64,000 nucleotides of DNA from Acidobacteriota bacterium (GTDB lineage Bacteria > Acidobacteriota > Blastocatellia > Pyrinomonadales > Pyrinomonadaceae). The notes beneath the pieces were generated by a model. It saw only the letters and a list, made by a program, of their open reading frames with translations. It was not told the origin of the DNA and did not search any database. The position numbers were made by a program, and so were the translations under genes. The stretch covers positions 19,816 through 83,815 of the forward strand of contig JAOAPX010000152.1 of the NCBI GenBank assembly GCA_025463125.1, written 5' to 3'. How positions within the stretch are numbered: the first letter of the stretch is position 1; every line of letters begins with the position of its first letter. This document shows positions 1 through 9,161 of this stretch, piece after piece.

Positions 1-1
1 C

Positions 2-301
2 GCTCTGAGCCGCGGAATTATTATCGCCGACACAAAATTTGAGTTCGGTTTGGACGAAGACGGCAATATTCTCTTAATCGACGAAGTTTTAACGCCCGAC
101 TCTTCCCGCTTCTGGTCGGCTGAAACTTACGCGCCCGGCAAAGCGCAGCCGTCTTTTGACAAGCAATTTGTCCGCGAATACCTGGAAACGCTTGATTGGA
201 ACAAGCAGCCGCCCGCCCCTGAATTACCGTTTGAAATCGCCGAAGCGACGACCGAGAGATATATACAGGCTTACGAATTACTGACAGGAAAAACTTTCTG
301 A
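2..301 (+). CDS. purC: SAICAR synthetase, C-terminal part (5' end lies outside the window)
   Basis: The frame is open from the window edge. The translation [38 protein letters not shown] matches the conserved PurC core. Stop codon at 299-301. Confidence 0.85.
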   Translation, partial: ALSRGIIIADTKFEFGLDEDGNILLIDEVLTPDSSRFWSAETYAPGKAQPSFDKQFVREYLETLDWNKQPPAPELPFEIAEATTERYIQAYELLTGKTF

Positions 302-302
302 A

Positions 303-370
303 CAAGTGCCGTTTACAAATTACAAAATTAAAATAAATGCTTGATTTGTAATTTATAAAACCGGCACTTG
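303..370. repeat. Long imperfect palindrome (about 24-bp arms) between purC and the Fis-like gene
   Basis: Left arm caagtgccgtttacaaattacaaa (303-326) pairs with right arm tttgtaatttataaaaccggcacttg (345-370), with one mismatch and one bulge. No U-tract follows. Confidence 0.6.
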
Positions 371-380
371 GAAAAAACTT

Positions 381-626
381 ATGCAAATACGAGATCGAAT
401 GGAAGTTTTGATTGAGGAAATGCTCAACGGGCAGATTATGCTCAATGAAGCGCTGACCGAATTCGAAAAATTATATATTCAGAAAGCAATGGAAAAATAC
501 GGCGAGCATCTTTCAAAAACAGCCGACGCGCTCGGGATTCACCGTAACACGCTTTCCAAACGCGTTTCGAACTACCAGACCGTCACGCAAACTCCTAAAA
601 GACTTATATCAAGACGTTCGCGCTGA
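381..626 (+). CDS. Small Fis-family helix-turn-helix DNA-binding protein
   Basis: 81-aa ORF. The C-terminal segment HLSKTADALGIHRNTLSKRV is a typical Fis/NtrC-type HTH. Confidence 0.6.
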   Translation: MQIRDRMEVLIEEMLNGQIMLNEALTEFEKLYIQKAMEKYGEHLSKTADALGIHRNTLSKRVSNYQTVTQTPKRLISRRSR

Positions 627-1445
627 TCTCGCGGTTTCGACAATCTCCACTTTATCGCCGATTTTTATAGTTTCTCCGGTTTTTTCAGCAATTAAATATC
701 GCCCAAACAACACTTTACCGTTTTTGTTTCTGTAATTAGAAAGAGTGCGAAGCGGTTCGACGCCGTCTTTCACGCCGTTTTCCTGATCGACGGTTGTTAT
801 AACGCAGCGCGCGCACGATTTGACGACGTGAAAAAGAGAATTGCCGATTTTGATTTTCTTCCACGAATCTTCTTCAAACGGCTTTGCGCCGGAAACGACA
901 AGATTCGGACGAAAACGATTCATCGAAATCGGTTTTTCTAATTTCTCATTCAAATCGAGCAGCGAGCTTTCCGCTGTTAAAAGAAACGGGTAAGCGTCCG
1001 CGAAACTTACCGCGTCTTTAAATTTTCTCACCGCGTAAAAAGGCTCGACGATTCTTTTGGAATCTTCCGGCATTAAAACGAGACGGCAATCAATCCGCAA
1101 ACTCGCCGAAAACCATTCGTTGATTTCGTTCTGATAATTTTCGGCTTTTACGCTGCTGCTCCAAATTTTAACGCGCGAATATTCGCCCGAATCCGGCTGA
1201 AGCGGAATTTCAATAGCCGTTCCTTTATAAGAAACTTGAAGATTCTCACGTTCGAGCGTGACGCGAAACCTTGCCATCTCGGGAAATTCACGCTGCGATA
1301 GAAATTTATTCTTTTCATCGACAAGCATTCGTCTCCGGTCGAATTCTAACCCGCGATTTGTGATTAAAGCCGATTTTGCGGCTACCGCGCCCAAAGATTT
1401 AACAGGATAGAAATTTAATTCGGATAAAAACATAAAACTTGACAA
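609..1445 (-). CDS. MOSC domain protein (YcbX-like: MOSC N-terminal beta-barrel plus MOSC)
   Basis: N-terminal FYPVKSLGA motif and the conserved MOSC cysteine context VKSCARCVITTVDQ. 278-aa ORF. Confidence 0.8.
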   Translation of the reverse strand: MSSFMFLSELNFYPVKSLGAVAAKSALITNRGLEFDRRRMLVDEKNKFLSQREFPEMARFRVTLERENLQVSYKGTAIEIPLQPDSGEYSRVKIWSSSVKAENYQNEINEWFSASLRIDCRLVLMPEDSKRIVEPFYAVRKFKDAVSFADAYPFLLTAESSLLDLNEKLEKPISMNRFRPNLVVSGAKPFEEDSWKKIKIGNSLFHVVKSCARCVITTVDQENGVKDGVEPLRTLSNYRNKNGKVLFGRYLIAEKTGETIKIGDKVEIVETARSARTS

Positions 1446-1482
1446 TAAGCTTATCAGATTTTCTAAAATATCGAATTCACGC

Positions 1483-1511
1483 TTGACAGTTTAAACGGTG
1501 TTTTCTATACT
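1483..1511 (+). promoter_or_regulatory. Sigma-70-type promoter of groES-groEL
   Basis: TTGACA (1483-1488), a 17-nt spacer, then TATACT (1506-1511), about 100 nt upstream of groES. Confidence 0.6.
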
Positions 1512-1536
1512 AGCACTCTCGAGCTATGACTGCTAA
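1510..1536 (+). promoter_or_regulatory. CIRCE operator (HrcA binding site)
   Basis: cTAGCACTC-N9-GAcTGCTAA compared with the consensus TTAGCACTC-N9-GAGTGCTAA. It overlaps the -10 box directly upstream of groES. Confidence 0.8.
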
Positions 1537-1612
1537 GATTTTATTTTTTATATGAGTTCGAGTTGTTATCTTAAACTTTTTATCAAATTACCTAGAAGGA
1601 GTAAAAAAAGAA

Positions 1613-1930
1613 ATGGCTACTAAAATCAAACCGTTACATGATCGTGTGATTATTCGTCGAATCGAAGACACAACCAATCAAACAGCAGGCGGATTGTTCA
1701 TCCCCGATTCAGCAAAAGAAAAACCTCAAGAAGGCGAAGTGATCGCTGCCGGTGAAGGAAAATACAAAGAAGACGGCTCGCGCCAGACTCTGGACGTAAA
1801 AGAAGGCGACCGCATTCTTTTCGGTAAATACAGCGGCTCGGAAATCAAAATCGACGGTGAAGAACTGTTGATTATGCGCGAAGACGAAATTCTCGGCATT
1901 ATCGAACGCGCCGGAGCATCGGCTCAATAA
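1613..1930 (+). CDS. groES: Co-chaperonin GroES
   Basis: 105 aa. [12 protein letters not shown]...[20 protein letters not shown]...[11 protein letters not shown] is canonical GroES. An AGGAG ribosome-binding site lies upstream. Confidence 0.97.
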   Translation: MATKIKPLHDRVIIRRIEDTTNQTAGGLFIPDSAKEKPQEGEVIAAGEGKYKEDGSRQTLDVKEGDRILFGKYSGSEIKIDGEELLIMREDEILGIIERAGASAQ

Positions 1931-2006
1931 ATACAAAAAGCGGTGAGCCGAGAGCAGCTTCACGTCTGCCTTCCGGCTTCTGACTTCTATCAAAACAAAT
2001 TATTAG

Positions 2007-3671
<1,665 letters not shown>

Positions 3672-3713
3672 TCTGAGATTTCAGACTACGAACTTAAAAC
3701 CCCAAAACAGAAA

Positions 3714-3746
3714 AAAGACTTGTCCGGCAACGGTCAGGTCTTTTTC
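3714..3746 (+). terminator. Intrinsic terminator after groEL
   Basis: GACTTGTCCG / CGGTCAGGTC stem (one mismatch, one G-U pair) followed by TTTTT. Confidence 0.6.
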
Positions 3747-3995
3747 TATTTTAAATCTCTAAATACAAACAAAAAGCAAGTCATAATCAAATTGTTTTGT
3801 TGATGTTTTTCGCAAAAAAGCTGTCAACCGGTTTGAAAAAACTTGCATCTAACAGTGCTGTAAACTTAAAATATTGCTCATATTTTCGTACATTCTTTTA
3901 ATTTATTGTTTTTACAGTAAATTTTGATTTTTCAAATAATTCCCATCTTTATCCTTAAACAGTTGAAAACGTCTGTTTTCTAATTTTAAGTATTT

Positions 3996-4025
3996 TTTCT
4001 TTTTATAAAGTTTCTTTTTATAAAG
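3996..4025. repeat. Perfect tandem duplication, 15 nt x2
   Basis: tttctttttataaag occurs twice back to back in the AT-rich spacer upstream of the protease gene. Confidence 0.85.
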
Positions 4026-4150
4026 ATTGTATTCTGAAATCATAAAATAATTGTTAATTTAAGTATTTTGCTTTGCCCGGCAAATACGTTGAAGTTTTAA
4101 CAGGTAAATTTCTGAAGAAGAACGGAAATTTCATACTCAAACCGAAAATC

Positions 4151-6412
4151 ATGAAAAAAGTTTCCTTAATTTTTGTAGTTGCGTTAGTTTGTGCAGTTTT
4201 CGCCAATTCTTTTTTAAGCGGCACGAGCGCTCAGACAGCTTTGGAAATCGAACCGCAAGTGGAAAATCAGCGGCAGAACGAAAACAAAAAGCAAAGAAAA
4301 TTTGCAGAGTTGATTGATTCGGCACAGCAAACCGGCGGCGTTCGCGTTATTGTCGGCTTGAAAATGCCATTCCGACCGGAAGGCAAATTAAACTTTGCCG
4401 ATAAACTTAAACAGCGGCAAGCTATCGAGCAAAAACAGGAAAGCTTTTTCACGCATCATCAATCGAAACGCCTTGAAAAACTAAAACAATTTAAGACTAT
4501 TCCGTTTGTCGCTTTTGAAACCGATGCCCCCGCGCTCGAGCAATTGAAAAGCGATCCGCAAATTATAAGCATCGAAGAAGACGAATTGTCGCCGCCGATG
4601 CTTGCGGAAAGCACCATGCAGGTCGGCGCCACAAAAGCCTGGGAAAGCGGATTTTCCGGCGCCGGGCAAACTATCGCGATCATCGATACCGGGGTCGATA
4701 AAAATCATCCTTTTTTAAGCGGAAAAGTCGTGTCCGAAGGATGTTATTCGTCGAATTACCAAAACGCGACCAGCCTCTGCCCGAACGGCGTCACCGAATC
4801 AACCGAACCGGACTCGGCATTAAACTGCCCGACCACATTAAACGGCTGCGCTCACGGCACGCACGTTGCGGGAATCGCCGCCGGACGCGGACCTAATATG
4901 AGCGGCGTGGCAAAAGACGCGAACCTTATCGCTTTCCAGGTTTTCTCAAAAGTTAATGACGCGGAAGACTGCGGTTCTACGCCGGCACCGTGTATTTTGA
5001 CTTATGTTTCCGATCAGATTAAGGCGCTTGAAAGAGTTTTGGCGTTAAGTAATTCGATGCGCATTGCCGCCGTTAATATGAGCCTCGGAGGCGGACAATA
5101 TGCGGCGAGCTGCGACGCGACGCAGGTCGCGCGAAAGGCGGCGATTGACAATTTGCGTTCAGCCGGTATTGCGACGATCGCAGCTTCCGGCAACAGCAGT
5201 TATTCAAGCGCAATGGGCGCTCCCGCCTGCATTTCATCGACGGTCAGCGTCGGTGCGGTCGAAGACGGCAGTCCCGGAACGACCTTTGACTTTGTTCCGA
5301 ATTTTTCAAACGCATCGGCTAATTTAAGTTTGCTCGCGCCCGGTCGCTGGATCACTTCATCGGTACCGAACGGCGGATTCAGCAATTACTCGGGCACCTC
5401 GATGGCGACGCCGCACGTCGCCGGAGCGTTTGCGGTTCTCAAGCAGCGTGCTCCGGATGCTTCGGTCACTAAAATTTTAACGGCTTTAACGACGAGCGGT
5501 TTGTATGTTACAGACGTGCGAAACAATCTCGCAAAACCGAGAATTAGAATCGCCGAAGCTTTGCGCGCTCTCGATAAAAAACCGGCTTTCGATTATGACG
5601 GCGACGGAAAATCCGATATGGCTGTTTTTCGCGCCACAAATAATATCTGGTATATCCAGAACAGCGCGAACAATTCATTTGATTTCAAACAATTCGGTTT
5701 AAGCGGCGATTTGGTAGCGCCGGCTGATTTCGACGGCGACGGGAAAACCGATGTTTCGATTTTCCGCCCGGCAACAGGCGTCTGGTATCGCCTGGACAGC
5801 TCAAACGGTAATTTTTCTGCCATCAATTTCGGCACAACCGGCGATCTGCCCGTTCCGGCGGATTATGACGGCGACGGGCGAGCCGATCCGGCGATTTACC
5901 GTCCGGTAACCGGAACCTGGTGGATTCTGCAAAGCGGCAGCGGCGCGGTTAAGACTCAAAACTTCGGTTTAGCCGAAGACAAGCCGACGATTGGAGATTT
6001 CGACGGCGACAGTAAATCCGATATCGCCGTCTGGCGTCCATCGACGGGAACCTGGTACCGCATTAACAGCAGCAACAATACTTTGTTTATTCAGCCTTTC
6101 GGCATCTCTACGGACAAACCGGTTTCCGCCGATTACGACGGTGACGGTAAAACCGATATTGCCGTATTTCGCCCGTCAGAAGGCAACTGGTACCGCATCA
6201 ACAGCTTGATGAATTCTCTTGAAGTGACAAGCTTCGGTTTAGCCGAAGACAGCCCTGTCTCAGCCGATTACGACGGCGACGGGCGCGCCGACATCGCTGT
6301 CTTTCGTCCTTCGGACGGCGTATGGTATTTGCTCCGTTCGGCGCAGGGCTTTACGGCGAGCCAGTTCGGATTAAGCGGAGACGTTCCTTCGCCAAACGCT
6401 TTTATTCGTTAA
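4151..6412 (+). CDS. Secreted S8 (subtilisin-family) serine peptidase with C-terminal FG-GAP/VCBS-like repeats
   Basis: Catalytic triad contexts IIDTGVD, HGTHVAG and GTSMATPHVAG. The signal peptide MKKVSLIFVVALVCAVFA begins at 4151, so I prefer this ATG over the 4073 start in the ORF track. Confidence 0.85.
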   Translation: MKKVSLIFVVALVCAVFANSFLSGTSAQTALEIEPQVENQRQNENKKQRKFAELIDSAQQTGGVRVIVGLKMPFRPEGKLNFADKLKQRQAIEQKQESFFTHHQSKRLEKLKQFKTIPFVAFETDAPALEQLKSDPQIISIEEDELSPPMLAESTMQVGATKAWESGFSGAGQTIAIIDTGVDKNHPFLSGKVVSEGCYSSNYQNATSLCPNGVTESTEPDSALNCPTTLNGCAHGTHVAGIAAGRGPNMSGVAKDANLIAFQVFSKVNDAEDCGSTPAPCILTYVSDQIKALERVLALSNSMRIAAVNMSLGGGQYAASCDATQVARKAAIDNLRSAGIATIAASGNSSYSSAMGAPACISSTVSVGAVEDGSPGTTFDFVPNFSNASANLSLLAPGRWITSSVPNGGFSNYSGTSMATPHVAGAFAVLKQRAPDASVTKILTALTTSGLYVTDVRNNLAKPRIRIAEALRALDKKPAFDYDGDGKSDMAVFRATNNIWYIQNSANNSFDFKQFGLSGDLVAPADFDGDGKTDVSIFRPATGVWYRLDSSNGNFSAINFGTTGDLPVPADYDGDGRADPAIYRPVTGTWWILQSGSGAVKTQNFGLAEDKPTIGDFDGDSKSDIAVWRPSTGTWYRINSSNNTLFIQPFGISTDKPVSADYDGDGKTDIAVFRPSEGNWYRINSLMNSLEVTSFGLAEDSPVSADYDGDGRADIAVFRPSDGVWYLLRSAQGFTASQFGLSGDVPSPNAFIR
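5588..6409 (+). repeat. Six tandem coding repeats of about 45 aa (D[YF]DGDG[KR]xD-[IV]A[VI][FWY]RPxxGxWY)
   Basis: Read directly from the translation: DYDGDGKSD, DFDGDGKTD, DYDGDGRAD, DFDGDSKSD, DYDGDGKTD, DYDGDGRAD. Each is followed by an aromatic-Arg-Pro and G-x-W-Y. This is an FG-GAP/VCBS-like propeller signature. Confidence 0.7.
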
Positions 6413-6478
6413 TTAACTTTTGTATTTTTTGTATTTAAGGTGCAAAAGGCTTTGTTTTGAACAAAGCCTTTTTTGTTT

Positions 6479-7639
6479 TTAGACAATTTGTTCGCCGGCA
6501 AACTCCTGTATTTTCGGCGAGTTTTCGTCGGTTTTCTTCTCCTCGCGAATATTTGCAAGCTCCGCAGCGGAGATAATTTTCTCCGACGCGGCGTGAACGG
6601 CGGCGAATTCCGTATCCGGCGCAAGCACCAATTGACAGCCCGTATCCTTTATTTCGTCAATTAATTTATCGATCGAAGCGATGCGCTCCGGCTTTAGATT
6701 TATGTTTCGGATGTAAACGGTTTTTATCCGCTGCGGATATTTTTTGACGACTTCGCTGTAAATTTCCGGGTCTTGTTCGCCGCTGTCGCCGATTAATATA
6801 AAAGGCAGATGCGGATAAGTGTTCAAAACGCTTTCGATGTTGTTAAGTTTATGAGTTTTATGGTCGCCGGACGAAAAAATCGTGTGATTGCCGAAATCTT
6901 TCAAAAAAAGCGGTCCGGTCGGAATATCCTGTATTCTTAAAAACTCTGTAAGCAGCGGGTACAAATTCCAGGGGCTGCTTGAAACATAAAAAATCGGGTT
7001 ATTTTCCGCGCCGGTCAAACCCTTTTGCAGCGCTTTATAAAAAGCCGCGACGCCTTTAAAAGGCATTCTTGTGTGTTCGTTCAAAAGCGCGACGGTTAGA
7101 AACATCTTGATTTTATTGGTAACGTTCGTCGTTAGAACCGTATCATCGAGGTCGCTGATAACGCCGAAACGCGCGGTTTCGGGCGGAACCAAAACTCGAC
7201 CGACAGTTTCAGCCATCTGCCCGTTTGCGAGCAAAGGCTCCTGCAAACTCAGTTTAATTTCGCGGAAAGGCGAATCGGAAATTTCCGCCGCGCTCATTTC
7301 CAAATAGAAATAACCTTCTTTATCGGTGAAGACTTCCGTTTCAGCGTTTCCGAAAACGGCGCGAATCCGCGCGCCGGAGACTTCATCGGTTTCAAAGCGT
7401 TTGTATAAATTAACCAGATTTTGCAGTTTGCCGTCGTTTTGATTTGTGACAATATCGCCATCATCTTCCAGAACGCGACCGCTCATCCAGAATTTTTCGC
7501 GCGTGCCGTAACCTGTAAACGGTATTATCTTTAAAGGATTTTCCGTTCCCTTAATCCTTTTCAATCTTGACCTGAAACCGTCTGACAAATTATCTATATC
7601 TTCAAATAAATTTTCTATTTTTGCTTTCCAATCTCTCAT
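6479..7639 (-). CDS. App1-family (DUF2183) phosphatase
   Basis: HAD-like DLDDTVL motif and a C-terminal LIGDSGEQDPEIY motif typical of App1-like phosphatidate phosphatases. Confidence 0.7.
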   Translation of the reverse strand: MRDWKAKIENLFEDIDNLSDGFRSRLKRIKGTENPLKIIPFTGYGTREKFWMSGRVLEDDGDIVTNQNDGKLQNLVNLYKRFETDEVSGARIRAVFGNAETEVFTDKEGYFYLEMSAAEISDSPFREIKLSLQEPLLANGQMAETVGRVLVPPETARFGVISDLDDTVLTTNVTNKIKMFLTVALLNEHTRMPFKGVAAFYKALQKGLTGAENNPIFYVSSSPWNLYPLLTEFLRIQDIPTGPLFLKDFGNHTIFSSGDHKTHKLNNIESVLNTYPHLPFILIGDSGEQDPEIYSEVVKKYPQRIKTVYIRNINLKPERIASIDKLIDEIKDTGCQLVLAPDTEFAAVHAASEKIISAAELANIREEKKTDENSPKIQEFAGEQIV

Positions 7640-7792
7640 AAATCTATGTTTATAAGCATTTTATACAAACTCCTGCGATTATAAAAATAATCTGTTTTAG
7701 CTGCGCCCGCCCGATCCGCACACCTTGCCGGCTCAAGCGCTTTCGCTGAGTTTGTAAAACGCTTCTTCTCATTCAATTTTTCCCGCAATTTA

Positions 7793-7821
7793 TTGTTAAA
7801 ACAAAATCGTTCATTTATACT
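7793..7821 (+). promoter_or_regulatory. Candidate sigma-70 promoter for the small Cys-rich ORF
   Basis: TTGTTA (7793-7798), a 17-nt spacer, then TATACT (7816-7821). A short palindrome CTTGC-TGT-GCAAG follows at 7829-7841. Confidence 0.4.
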
Positions 7822-7872
7822 TTAAGTCTTGCTGTGCAAGTCTAAATTTCAATTTCAGGGAGGGATGTTTTT

Positions 7873-8025
7873 ATGGCAGACGAAGGTAAACGATGCGGAC
7901 ACGACGGGTGTTTATGCGCAACAACGGGCGATTCGGAATATTGCAGTCCTTATTGCGAAGATGCGGCAGATCAGGATCTGACCGAAATTCGCTGCGACTG
8001 CGGTCATCCCGGCTGCTCCGCTTAA
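7873..8025 (+). CDS. 50-aa cysteine-rich protein, bacterial metallothionein-like (BmtA/SmtA-like)
   Basis: Absent from the ORF track because it is under 60 aa. Translation: MADEGKRCGHDGCLCATTGDSEYCSPYCEDAADQDLTEIRCDCGHPGCSA (9 Cys, 2 His). A GGGAGGG ribosome-binding site lies 6-7 nt upstream, and a strong hairpin terminator lies downstream. Confidence 0.6.
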   Translation: MADEGKRCGHDGCLCATTGDSEYCSPYCEDAADQDLTEIRCDCGHPGCSA

Positions 8026-8045
8026 CACGGATTTCAATTTTTAAT

Positions 8046-8081
8046 AAATAAAGGCTTCACAAAAAAATGAAGCCTTTATTT
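8046..8081. terminator. Bidirectional hairpin terminator
   Basis: aaataaaggcttca / tgaagcctttattt is a 14-bp stem with an A-rich loop. It sits between convergent genes. Confidence 0.7.
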
Positions 8082-8146
8082 ATTTACACGAAACGCCGTT
8101 CCCGTTTTCACAGGCGGTTACGCTTTTATATTTGTCACTGAATAAA

Positions 8147-8662
8147 TCAAATGGATGTTTTGCGATGAGCGAAAATTCTTAACAAACCGTTAATAGCCAG
8201 ATGCAAAACCATATAAGCGACGATTGCGATAATAATCGGCAGAGCCAATGTAAAACCGTCTTTCGAAGGGCTCGGAACGATACCCGAAAAAGGCGCGTAG
8301 AAAATGCCGGTTACGCTTTTGATAAATTTTACAAAGCCCGCGCTTTCGCGAGCCGCAAAAAGTTCGAGTAAAAGCCGTATCGCCAGAAGCCCGTAAATAA
8401 CGAAAAAGATATAATCGACCACCTGCGAAACTCTGGCTAGAGCGCGCCCGCGCCCGACTTCCCTTTCCGTTTCCGCGACTTCTTCAACCGCTTTATGACG
8501 CATATTAGCCGCGATATTTTCCACTCGCGCCGCCTGTGAAACGGTCGGCGCGCCGGCATTTGCGGCGATTTCGGCATCGACATCGGCTTGAACCGTCGAT
8601 TTTACGGTTTCGTAATTAATCGCTCTCTGAGCTTCATCCTGTGCTAATTTATTGTCAACCAT
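8147..8662 (-). CDS. YggT-like integral membrane protein with a long soluble N-terminal extension
   Basis: The C-terminal half VVDYIFFVIYGLLAIRLLLELF...FVKFIKSVTGIFYAPFSGIVP plus a second TM helix resembles the YggT family. The N-terminal ~80 aa are hydrophilic. Confidence 0.55.
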   Translation of the reverse strand: MVDNKLAQDEAQRAINYETVKSTVQADVDAEIAANAGAPTVSQAARVENIAANMRHKAVEEVAETEREVGRGRALARVSQVVDYIFFVIYGLLAIRLLLELFAARESAGFVKFIKSVTGIFYAPFSGIVPSPSKDGFTLALPIIIAIVAYMVLHLAINGLLRIFAHRKTSI

Positions 8663-8942
8663 TGATATTCGCCTTTTCTTTTACATCGTTTTTCGCTTCT
8701 TCGCGTCCCTGCGGAGTGTCTTTCGAAGCGGATCTTCCGGCGATGTCTCTTTCGTCGGCATCTCCTTCGGTTTCGTCGCCGCGCCTGATTTGACGCTGAA
8801 TCTCATTTTCATCGATCTGGCTGCCTTCATCGGACAATTCCTTAACGTTCCACCCTTCTCTCTGACCTTCAGCGCTTCCGCGGCTGACGCCGTCTCTCGG
8901 ATCGTCTTCAAGCGATTGCGAATCCTGAACTTCTTCGTGCAT
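8655..8942 (-). CDS. Highly acidic, low-complexity 95-aa protein of unknown function
   Basis: A GGAGG ribosome-binding site lies 4 nt upstream of the ATG. Its stop overlaps the downstream YggT-like start by 8 nt, suggesting an operon. Two other overlapping frames exist, so the call is tentative. Confidence 0.45.
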   Translation of the reverse strand: MHEEVQDSQSLEDDPRDGVSRGSAEGQREGWNVKELSDEGSQIDENEIQRQIRRGDETEGDADERDIAGRSASKDTPQGREEAKNDVKEKANING

Positions 8943-9019
8943 AATTCCTCCGAAAACTACTGAATATTTCCGCGAAAAAAAATATTTACTTTCTAAAACA
9001 TTTCTTCCGCAAACAATGA

Positions 9020-9035
9020 GTCAAATGTCGTGCCA
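9020..9035 (-). promoter_or_regulatory. Degenerate sigma-54-type -24/-12 element
   Basis: Minus strand reads TGGCAC-GACAT-TTGAC. The spacing is correct but the -12 element is GA instead of GC. It lies about 78 nt upstream of the 8942 start. Confidence 0.35.
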
Positions 9036-9104
9036 ATATTAAATGCATTAAATATATACACTTAAATTACAATTTCCCATACCTGTTTCGCTCTTTTCGT
9101 TAAA

Positions 9105-9138
9105 GTAAAAAAAGGAGTGAATATAAAACTCACTCCTT
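9105..9138 (-). terminator. Intrinsic terminator of the 9162-11141 gene
   Basis: Minus strand: AAGGAGTGA-loop-TCACTCCTT followed by TTTTTTT. Confidence 0.7.
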
Positions 9139-9161
9139 ATAAAAGCTCCAGTCTTTCGGAT

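Noticed and set aside
609-626. 18-nt convergent overlap of the 3' ends of the Fis-like gene and the MOSC gene
   Set aside because: Short 3'-end overlaps are common. I saw nothing further, such as a frameshift signal or a structure, to make it notable.
4073-4150. N-terminal extension of the protease ORF given in the six-frame track (start at 4073)
   Set aside because: The extension carries no signal peptide. A canonical signal peptide (MKKVSLIFVVALVCAVFA) begins at the ATG at 4151.
8652-8963. Alternative frames (plus-strand 103 aa, and minus-strand 76 aa at 8681-8911) overlapping the acidic 95-aa ORF
   Set aside because: Only the 8655-8942 frame has a GGAGG ribosome-binding site and stop/start coupling to the downstream gene. 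The choice is still tentative and is flagged in the findings.
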